Notes under the pieces: model-generated | What the model was told of the DNA's origin: nothing | What the model saw: only the letters and a program-made list of their open reading frames with translations | Database searches by the model: none | Assembly: GCA_001687465.1 (NCBI GenBank) | Contig: LVLI01000533.1 | Span: 45,077 to 65,076 of the forward strand | From: Halocafeteria seosinensis | Taxonomy: Eukaryota | Reading direction: 5' to 3' | Length of the DNA: 20,000 bases | In this document: positions 10,141-19,677 of the stretch, one piece after another | How positions within the stretch are numbered: the first letter of the stretch is position 1 | Layout: every line of letters starts with the position of its first letter | Translations under genes and position numbers: made by a program

Positions 10141-12539
10141 TTAGCAGCACTGAGGATTGGAATCTGGACAGCGGAAGTAGTCTGGCCACTTGCTAGGACA
10201 GTGGTTATTCATTTGCTCATACAAAGGTATACTATTGAATCCCTCCAAATCCATCCAGTATTCCCCCATAATTTGACAGTAGTTTCCATTCGCGCTGGTG
10301 TGGAGCCCATTCGGGCAAACGGAAGCGTCGATTCTCGACGTAGAAAAGAGCTTCATTTGACAATTGTCTTTCGGAGTTTGCTCAGTAGCCTCATAATCGG
10401 GGATCACGCCTTTCAGACCTACTTTCCATCCATGCGCAGTAAATACTGAGCAAACCAAACTATAGTTTTGGCCATACATCCACTCATCTTGCTCGGGAAT
10501 TGCAGTCACTTCTCCAATAGTCTTGTTGTGGTTAACCAACCAATCAGTTACGCACGTCATGTCCTTACAGGATTGGCCAGTACGATGATTCAGAGCTTGG
10601 ATGAACAGTGAGTAGACACTAGTATGATCTTCCGGGGCATAGAGGGTACTCCAGACATTCAGAAGAGTTTGAATTTCCCTGTGAGACGAGAAAGGGGGCT
10701 AAAAATAATCCCCAGTCCAGCCATCCAGTGAAAGATATTAGCTTACCAATTTCCTATGGGAGACGGAAAGTTACGTTCAGGGTCGCTGGTATCCATGAAA
10801 GAGTAGAGCCTGAGGACATACACAATGTACTCACACTAACGAATTGAATGCAGTGTTGGCATACAGCAGAGCAATGTTTACTTACATGTTATGAAAGCCG
10901 TAGGGCATGCCTTCCACAGTCCGAAACCACTTCCAATAAGCGTCCGTGTCGAACTTCTGGGAGTACTCTTCAGCCAGTGGGAGAAACTGCGAAGCGAAGA
11001 CGCATTATGGAAGCCGCGGCTACTGATACTCCTCGGATACCAGCAAACCTTACGTTTACATGGTAACTGGCATTCCTGGCAAGCTTCACCCAGGTGTCCC
11101 ACTTTGTTCGTATAATCCCGTAAGGAGGAGGCCAGAATACGGTTCCAAACGGATCAGCAGCTGAATCCATACAACAAATTAATCCATTTGTATGCATTCA
11201 AGAAATCGTCCATGGGAGCAAATATAACGAGCTTACCAGTGCTCTCACAAACGTAAAGCTCGTCGTCGTCCCAAACGGCAAGAGCAGCATGACCTGTCTG
11301 TCCTCCAGTCCCATACATAACTGTACAAAAGCAACGGGAATTGGCAAAACCATCACCATCAATGTTTCCAAGCTGTTTATGCACGGTACGGCATTGTTCT
11401 TACTCATTGGGCTTAATCCATCAAATCTGGAGATAGCGAGGTAGTCACCAGATTTAATGAGGGATTTGTCTAACTCTACAAACTCGTTATACTTCTTGAG
11501 CTCTTTGTAAATCTGCATAATTTCAACGTAAAGAATACTCCTATTCAAATATTTGACGGATTCAGGGTGACACGAACCCCTTTATACTTCAGGAATTTGG
11601 CGTTACGCTCAAGAAGTGGTTGGCCGTTTCCAACGAAGAGTCCGACTGTTTTCACCAAACTTTCAATTGAACCCAGAATTCCACAAGGCATAAACTGCAC
11701 TTTGTAGAGCCAGTAGCAAGCATTCGATTTAACTGTCGGTTTATATAGCAAGTATTGCTTCTGTTTCCTTACCAGTATGTGTACTCCGTTCTGCATCAAG
11801 TCAATATGTTGGTTGGAGCCGGCTACAGAAAACGGTAAACTTTGGCTGTTATCCAGCGTCGAGATATCCAGCAATCCTAAGATATCATAAGAGGTTACAA
11901 TCAAGTACGTATCACTGCATCCCGTGGAATTTGTGTTGGAGCCTCCCAGAGTCAATGTGTAGTTGTCGCCCCCCATGGAAGTTAGCTTTGCCTGCATCTG
12001 GCTAAAGCAGCTTCCCTCCCAAGTGGCAGAGTTCCCCGGGCTTACAGAAGCCGCAGTTCCGGGAAAGAACTCAAAATAGCTATCTTCTGGGCACCATTTT
12101 TGATCTCTGTTCTCTCGAATCCCACTCCATACTCGGGGAGACCGAGCAGCGAAGAGGTGCTTGGTTGCTCGGAGGAGGCCATCTTTGAGTGGTTGAACCC
12201 GGTCATTCGTCACACCGATATGCTCATCCCACAACTTCTGCACGTAACATGAGAAAAGATGATGTAACATATCGTTGTTTTCGGCTCTTTCTCAAGGACA
12301 AAGTGAGAGCGAGTACAAATGCATGCAATAAACGTCAGCGTCTTCACTTCCAAAGCTGCTCCTACACGCACCTCAGCTAGATTCTGTCCCTTGTGCACGC
12401 ATACAGCTTCACTGTCGCTGGTCAAACACGGTATATGGTCTGCAGCGGATACTGCGTGTGCAATAGTGCATGCGAGGGCACTAATAAGTGTAGCGATGCA
12501 TCCGATGCGGTGGATAATTTGGCCGCCGTAGCACCGCAT
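10141..12539 (-). CDS. Secreted Cys-rich permuted papain-like (NlpC/P60) protein, paralog B, 583 aa
   Basis: Nine exons (minus): 12539-12372, 12237-11773, 11694-11578, 11512-11404, 11320-11237, 11160-11054, 10986-10886, 10809-10747, 10678-10141 (1752 nt). Internal exon lengths (465, 117, 109, 84, 107, 101, 63) are identical to paralog A. Hydrophobic N-terminal leader and motifs SGDYLAI, TGHAALAVW, YVCEST, EGMPYGFHN, LVCSVF, EQTPKDN. Confidence 0.8.
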
Positions 12540-13791
12540 TGTGCGTTCAGGGGAAAAAAATTAACCAGATCCGTATTTATTTAGTGAGCACAATCGAAGC
12601 TAACAAACAACTCCATTTCCGTCGTGGGTTTAGGCAGTGGGCACGACTAGAATCGGTCTTTGATCGAAGCGAGCTGCGCTGCACTGCACCAAGAGTCAAT
12701 GCGTTTGTACAATGTTACGGTGACCAGGATGTGACCCAGTTCTGCTGCCTGGAACGCCCTAAAGATTTAAACATGGAATTGCAACCACTATAAAACAGTC
12801 AGGACACTACCTCTGTACAATGGGACGTACTATATATAGAGTGATACAACAACTAGCGTTGGAATCCCAAGCGGAACCAGCGTTGGACATTGGAATTCAA
12901 CAGTACTGGAATTTGACGGATTTCCAAACCCACCAATGGTTTTGGCTAGTTTCATTAGCTTGCCTATTTTCTGTCAAAAGTTGCTGCCGTTGGTTCACCT
13001 ACACTGTGAACAGCAAATCTGCGAAGACAACTAAAATTCTGGAGTCTCGCTCGACCAGCCCCCCTCTGTGTAGTGCTGGCGGTGGTCAATTCTCTGTGGC
13101 TGATCCGGCACGAATATAATATATGGAATATGGAATCCTTGGGCAAAACTGGAAACTCACGGATCTGCTGGATCTGGAAATTGAGGAAGCTCCCGCCGAG
13201 CAAGTTGGAAGAACTTCCTACTGGTTCTTCGTAAGGAGAATAGAAGTTTCATCCATGGGGTCGTGATCGTGTAACCCTTGCACCAACTACACTGTACTGT
13301 ACTGTACCTGAGCAACAGCAACGGACAACTTTGGCAACTGACTCTGCGTAAGCATGATCATGATAAACAATGACGCGTACACTGTACACTAGGATACTTC
13401 ATGCTGTGGTACAATACATGTACACACATGGTCGTCCTAGTGAATTTCAGAGCGTGGACTTCAATCTTTTCACAGGTCAAACCAATCAGTCACTGCTTGC
13501 GCGGTTTCGAACCAAAACTAGCTGGTCGCCCGAGAGGAATCGATTCCCGTCTCGTGCTCGAATCTCGGGGTTGCAGTACTGGAGTACTACTGAGTCCCTC
13601 CGACGGGCCTCCGTCCAACGTCACTTCAAGGACGACGGGAGTCCACGGGACAAATCGCACAATTACGTAATACGACACTACTACACACAGACGTTGGCGG
13701 TTGTTGAGCTGAAGCTGCCCTGTCTACGTCCAGTGTATTTTACCCGTGATTCTGTCTGTGTAAGCGTGCTTGCAAGACTTGCTGCAACACG

Positions 13792-15160
13792 ATGGCGAAC
13801 GGCAAAACCGCGTCCCGCTCTCCTCTGGAGAGACTCAAGGATAATTACTGCTGGCGTGGGTCTTTTCATCTGGCTGGTGCCTTCGCGATTGCGGCCGCTT
13901 TTGTCTACTTTGGCACCCAGTTCATCGCCGAGTTTGATTGGCAGGCGCTGAGGAATAGCCTGGAGCAATGTCTGGATAAACACGCGCCGTGGATGTATGA
14001 CGCGAGTGCTTGGATCCAATACCCTCTGGCTGCTTTATTGGGAAAGACAGAGGGGCTCCAGAATAAGTCTATGCAGTTGGATGCGATCTTTTTCAGTAAG
14101 TGGCGGTCTCTGTATGTAGCTATGAGACTGAACGAAACATTTGCCTTATTTGCAGCGTCGCTTACCGGAGCCACACAAACGGCAACCTTTTGGATCATAA
14201 ATGGTATGTTCACTTTATGCTATATTTTCCAGCCGTCGTGGGTTGAGTACTACAAAATGTCGGTGAAGCCATGGCCGTGGAACGGCTCGACCAAAGTAAG
14301 TGCGCGACGAGATCCGTATGCTTACGGACTGTTATACGGTGTTTTGCTACTCCTAACCAGGAACGGGCTGAGTATTTCGAGTTGGTGCGAAAAAGTATCG
14401 GATTATTGCTGCTGAACCACTTTTTGTTGGTTCCCGTCTTAACTATTGGCATGTACCCTATTGTTCAACTGCGAGAGCACGGCTACTCTCCGGAGTTTGC
14501 CCCGGGGATTACTGAGTTCGTCTATAAGCTCATCATCTTCATTCTTATTGAAGATACTGGATTTTACTGGGTTCACCGGGCCTTACATCACAAAGCGCTT
14601 TACCCATCTATCCATAAGATCCATCATCAGTACCAGGACGCCACTATAGGCATTGCCTCCGAATACGCTCACCCTATTGAGGTAAGATGCTCTTGGCGTT
14701 GCCGTATAGTGGTCTTTTTCATACGTCAAGATGTTCGCAGTTTCTGCTGTCTAACCTCGTCCCGATCACTCTTGGACCTTTCTTGTTCCCCCGTGTGCAT
14801 TATGGAATGTGGGTGTTATGGGTGGCTTGGAGAGTAGCCGAAACCTGCTGTAGCCACAGTGGTTACGACCTACCGTTCTTGCCGTTCCATTTGCTACCCT
14901 TCCAATGTAAGTGATTATGCTGTCTCACTACGGTTGTCTTAATGTGGACCAATCGACCACCTCGTGGCACTGCAGCCTCGGCCTCCTTCCACAACTTCCA
15001 CCACTCTAGGAACGTCGGGAACTATAGCAGTTTTTTCACGCACTGGGATTGGCTCATGGGTACAGACAAGCACTATATCCGGCATCTGGAGAAATTTGGG
15101 CACGTCACTGACGATCGTCACCAGGAAGCAAAGTCTGCCCAAGCCAAAAAATCTAAATGA
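13792..15160 (+). CDS. Fatty acid hydroxylase / sterol desaturase superfamily enzyme, C-4 methylsterol oxidase (ERG25/SMO)-like, ~391 aa
   Basis: Exons 13792-14295, 14361-14681, 14741-14906, 14976-15160. Introns of 65, 59 and 69 nt. Histidine boxes EDTGFYWVHRALHH, IHKIHHQY and FHNFHH, plus SEYAHPIE, HSGYDLP and GNYSSFFTHWDWLMGTD, typical of ERG25/SMO-type di-iron membrane oxygenases. Several hydrophobic segments. The exact substrate cannot be determined. Confidence 0.85.
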
Positions 15161-15500
15161 TGCTTCTTCCGGTGTTTGCTACTGAGAGAAAGAACAAGGA
15201 TAATGAACAAAAGCTATAAACTCCATACTTTCGTCCTACCTCACAACTCACAACACTATTGTTCCTAGGGTACCCCCCTACCTTTTCCTCTTTCGCACCG
15301 CCGCTACGGGCTCGCGGAACCTCGCCCGCATGTGAAGACCTCCCATCTTGAAGTTCTCGCGTTCCGAAGCCCGTTATTCACTCATTCTCATGATTTGTTG
15401 AGGCCATTGATATTAGATTTCCTTCCGGTTGTGTTTGCTCACTTGCGCTCAGTAGTCTCATGTTCCATTCTGTTTGCCGCCCTGCTGAAACCAAAGAAAA

Positions 15501-17289
15501 ATGGATAAATACAAACTGCTATCACAACAAGGGGAGGGCACGTTCGCTGTTGTGTGGAAAGCCAAGAGGAAGTCTGATAACACCATAGTCGCCATTAAGC
15601 AGCTCAAGGAAAGCTATACTTCGTACGTCTCTGCTGTGGGCTTTGACATCTTGTACAGACAGATAATCACCTCTTCATGCTTTTTTCGTGGCCCGCCAGT
15701 TTCGACCAAGTCAAGCAACTTCCTGAAGTCAAATTTCTGGGAGGACAGTCCAATCCGAATTTAATCAAGTTACATGAAGTTGTACGAGCCAAGGATCAAG
15801 TAAGTGTTGGATAGCACCCGCTTTGCGATGTATGCAGCGTAGACCTCCGACACATCATGCAGGTATTCCTAGTTTTCGAGTACTGTCCTATTAATTTGTA
15901 CCAAATGATGCAATCAACTCAAGGATCAGCAAAATCCCTATCGGAAGCACAAATTAGGTGGCTTATGAAAGGAATTTTACAGGGACTGTGGCATCTACAT
16001 CAACGTGGTGTATGCCATCGGGATATTAAACCTGAAAATGTACTACTTGCTCCCAGTGGTGCCAAGCTTTGTGATTTTGGTCAGGCCATCACACTTGCAG
16101 AGTGCCCAGGGACGTTAAGCTGTTATGGTACGTTTTCCTGAAAAGCTTCTTACATTGCTTGAGAGGCTAGAATTCAAGAAGTGCTCCTGTACCCCAGTAT
16201 CTACCCGCTGGTATAGAGCTCCCGAATTGCTCATACGGGAAAAGCGGTATGATTGTAAAGTTGATGTCTGGGCAGCGGGCGCAATCATGGCTGAGCTCTA
16301 TGCGCTACGTCCGATCTTCAATGGATCCAGCGAGAATGATCAGCTATTTAAAATATTCAATACTTTAGGTATGTAATCTATCTCGAACCATTGTGCTACT
16401 TTGTAGATATCTCTTTCTTTGCGCAGAGGTGCCTCCGGAATGGGAACGAAACCTCAGTGCCAATGGAAACCAGTTATCTGGAGTTGCGCAGGGCAAAGGG
16501 GTGGCTCTCTCTAGGCTTCTCCCGAGTGCTTCTAGGGATGCACTCGAGGTAATTCAACACATGCTGAAATGCAGCCCTAAGGAACGAGCCTCAGCCGAAT
16601 TTATATTGCGTTTGCCTTACTTCCAAACTGGTAAATCGGAACCAGTGCTCCCTACAAACAGCTTATTGCTTTCTAGTGAAGCAGAAGTGTCGGAACGCCG
16701 TGCAAGAGAGGCAGAAATCGCTATCCAAAAGCTAATGGAATCAGAACCCGCTGCTGAAACAACAAGCGGCTCTTCAGTCACTGCAAGTACCGGTGCACAT
16801 GCATCTGTACGTACCGAGGGGGCACCCCACTCTTTGGGTACTCTCGGCACTCACATGGCCGCAGGTACCACGTCTGTTGGGAGCAGGGATGTAACATCTA
16901 CCGTGGCTGAAGTTCCCGCGAAACAGCAAGAGTTTGACGCTACGGGTAATGGCCAGGCTCAAACCAAGAGCGACAAGGGTGAAGCATCCAAGGGGCACTT
17001 GACTATGGCAGAAAAGAGAAAGAGGAAACTAAAATCGAAGCGATTACAAGGAAAGCCTAATGCAACGGCAAAGCCTTCACGAGGAGAACCGCCAGTCAAC
17101 GTCCAAACTCGAGCGGAGGATTCATTTGGTGCGATATTTCCCAGCACTGGCGCAGACACTCGAGCCAGTAACAGTTGGGCCAACACAGAGCCAGATACTC
17201 AACAGGATGAATCCTCCAACTACGTGCCCTCTTGTTTAGATGACGGTGATAAAATTCCGGCCCGAAGACCTCATCCGTTGCGTCGATAG
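15501..17289 (+). CDS. CMGC Ser/Thr kinase of the MAK/ICK/MOK (RCK) family, ~506 aa, with a long low-complexity C-terminal tail
   Basis: Exons 15501-15622, 15700-15799, 15863-16127, 16198-16368, 16427-17289. Introns of 77, 63, 70 and 58 nt. Motifs [49 protein letters not shown] (RCK-family signature) and [24 protein letters not shown]. Basic patch [10 protein letters not shown] in the tail. Confidence 0.9.
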
Positions 17290-18929
17290 CTGTTGACGGG
17301 GTTTGGTCCTGGGTGTACGCGTTCAGCTGGGTCTCTCCGCACTCCTCGTGTAATCTTAAGCCGTCTCCATTGACGTACGACGAAAACCGTGGCTATTGCG
17401 GTTATCAAGGCAATGCTAATGATAACAAAAGTCATTGCGACGGGTGATATAGACACCTTCGCCTCGGAAGTGTCCCCGCTAGCGTCCCCAGCTCTGGAGG
17501 ACTCCTCACAGAGGTGCTCCAACTTCGATTCAGAGCGCGCTTCCGCGCACACGTGGGCCTCGTCGTTTCCCGCCGATGTCCATGGAAACCCGAGAAAATC
17601 GTGCAAGGTCCAGTTCAGTCTTTGCAGATCCTGGGTACAGTCTTCAAGGGACTTTGGCCTAGGTCCTGATTCCAGTTCTCTTGGCATCATGTCGTAGTTG
17701 AACTTTGCTATCACCCTTGTATGGTCTGAGATTGTAGCAACCTGTTGAGTCCATTTTATATCCACGGACTCTAACTGCAAGGCCTTGGACAGGAGCATCG
17801 ATTAGACGCAAGCCAAGCAAGCAAGCAACTCAGGACAGTGGGTACATACCTTTTGATACAGCCCCGGAGAGACAAATATATGATCAATCATACTTCTCCG
17901 GGGGTCACTGGCATCCTCTTTGCCCCACGTCCAGCGGTTGGTCTGGTTGGTTATGCGAGCAACTGTACGCAAACCGGTTTCACGCATGATTTCAAGCGTC
18001 CGAGAGTTCGGTGAATTTGAAGAAATGTCGGGAATACGTTTGTCAAGGTCGTTAAAATCCCCTATGACTATAGCTTCTCTTGTCCATGTTATGTTAAGCA
18101 AGTGGTAGGGGAATTCCTGCCCTTTATGGTCCGCATCGCAGCCTTCGGCGCTTCCAACTCCGGTGTAGTCCTGTATGTCTTGATGGCTTTGCTCTTTCAC
18201 GATTTGTGAAATTACTTTCGCTTGCGCTTCCCTTTGCGCACACGGTTGTGGATCATCTGTGGATAGAGGCAAGATAATAGCATCAATTCGCTAGGAAACA
18301 GGGCGAGTGACACAGCCAAGCCACGTACTCGGAAAAGCTCTAAAGTGTAGTCCAACAATTAGCACTTCCCCGAACGGAGGAATGTTAACGATAGTGTAGA
18401 AATTCTTCGTCACCGTCGTCGTTTTTAAACCTCGGTCAACATTATATCCGCATTCCGAACGCTTGTCCGGATAAGCAAACCTTTCTTCTGTTCGTTTCAG
18501 CTCGGTCTGGGGTGCGATTCTCGAGATGAAGCCCACTTGCTGGCGAGTAAACGTATCTCCTCCTGGAATGAGATAACGGCGGTAGCCTTTACTGTAGAGA
18601 GAACTTCCGTTAGCAAAAAGAGTCCGATTTAACACGTTACAGTCCTCCACTTCAGCTAGAACCCACATATCGACATCTTCCTGGTTCATGACATCAGCAA
18701 CGCCAAAGATCTTCGCTTCGGCTTCTTCCGCTGTAATGTCCGGAGCGACAACCGAACTGTGATCAGAGCTAAAGAGCCAATTAACATTCCAAACGGCAAT
18801 CGAAAATGATCTCTTGGAACTTGTACGGTGATCAAATGGCTCCTCGGCGTTGATGCAGCCTTCAATGGCTTCTGTGACCGGAGTCTCCACCGTCAACAGA
18901 CACGTGAGGACAGCCACAAGGACTCTCAT
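17271..18929 (-). CDS. Endonuclease/exonuclease/phosphatase (EEP, DNase I-like) family protein with signal peptide and C-terminal transmembrane anchor, ~503 aa
   Basis: Exons (minus) 18929-18329, 18256-17850, 17774-17271. Introns of 72 and 75 nt. Catalytic motifs WNVNWL, LAEVE, GLHFRA, IVIGDFND, IDHIFVS and SDH. Leader MRVLVAVLTCLLTVETPVTEA (in-frame upstream ATGs at 18941 and 18998 are alternative starts). TM segment VAMTFVIISIALITAIATVFVV followed by basic RQWRRLK. Confidence 0.85.
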
Positions 18930-19189
18930 TGTTGCGTCCATCCGTGTGAGCGTTTTATGACTGCAAGCAAGTGTCAACGACGATGCGTCCCCATCCATGG
19001 CATGCGGTCGTAAACATGGTCAAATAGAACTGCGTTATATCCGCTTCACAACGGCGCTCTGACACAAACTGGGTTGAGTTATGACCTAAAACAGACTAGA
19101 TTTAGTATTTCAGTTCTATTGCATTCCGTGTTGATAGATGTATACACAATCCTGCTAAACTAAAGACACAAACAGTCCAAAGAAACAGT

Positions 19190-19203
19190 AAAAAAAAAAA
19201 AAA
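19190..19203 (-). terminator. RNA polymerase III oligo(T) terminator of the tRNA-Glu gene
   Basis: A14 on the plus strand (T14 on the minus strand), starting 4 nt after the tRNA 3' end. Confidence 0.85.
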
Positions 19204-19207
19204 GTCG

Positions 19208-19279
19208 TTCCCACACCGGGAATTGAACCCGGGCTTCCTGCTTGAAAGGCAGGTATCCTAACCACTAGACGATGTGGGA
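19208..19279 (-). tRNA. tRNA-Glu (anticodon TTC), intronless, no encoded CCA
   Basis: Reverse complement TCCCACATCGTCTAGTGGTTAGGATACCTGCCTTTCAAGCAGGAAGCCCGGGTTCAATTCCCGGTGTGGGAA: acceptor stem TCCCACA/TGTGGGA, D-loop TAGTGGTTAG, anticodon stem CCTGC/GCAGG with loop CTTTCAA, T-arm CCGGG-TTCAATT-CCCGG. Confidence 0.97.
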
Positions 19280-19642
19280 ATCGCGGGCCGATTTTGTTTT
19301 CGACACTAAATGTTGTAGACCAATTTCCATATTTATAATACGTGGTATCATTGTTATCCAGTTGGTCTTCTCTTGTTGCATCAACTTGCATGTACGGCGG
19401 AGAGCGTGTATTGCGTCTTATAGAGAGCTTTAGCGCGCTGTGAAGAGTCCCCAAATCAATGCATATCCTTCGTTTAGGAAACAAGTTTTGTCAATGTAGT
19501 CATCCATAGCCTCTCTTGTGTGTGTGTAGCAATCTATTCTGCTCTTGGATCATACACACCACACGGTTTGAACAGCGAATGAATGTAGGACGATAAATAA
19601 TACAATTTTGAAGATCCCCTTCCCATTTAAGGGTTCAGACGA

Positions 19643-19677
19643 TGCACCACAAGTTCAAACGATGCACTTGTGGTGCA
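19643..19677. repeat. Perfect 12-bp inverted repeat (hairpin) with an 11-nt loop
   Basis: TGCACCACAAGT (19643-19654) pairs with ACTTGTGGTGCA (19666-19677). Confidence 0.7.

Noticed and set aside
7364..12531. Numerous plus-strand ORFs (e.g. 7364-7750, 7425-7850, 9487-9903, 10201-10449) opposite the tandem paralogs
   Set aside because: Antisense shadows of real minus-strand exons.
12554..12838. Possible Pol III ncRNA or telomerase RNA on the minus strand (TATATATA at 12831-12838, CCTAAACCC template-like 9-mer at 12634-12626, T7 at 12560-12554)
   Set aside because: A 9-mer match can easily occur by chance. The would-be template lies near the 3' end with no evident pseudoknot, the host telomere repeat is unknown, and the region is more simply the promoter or 5' UTR of paralog B.
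13370..13951. 193-aa plus-strand ORF
   Set aside because: Arg/Ser-rich non-protein-like composition, no motifs, and it overlaps the sterol oxidase exon 1 out of frame.
7377..18929. Idea that the papain-like pair, sterol oxidase, kinase and nuclease form a functional gene cluster
   Set aside because: Orientations are mixed, there is no shared pathway logic or shared upstream motif, and adjacency in a compact eukaryotic genome is not evidence of co-function.
19155..19484. 109-aa minus-strand ORF
   Set aside because: Runs through the tRNA gene and its poly-T terminator, so it is spurious.
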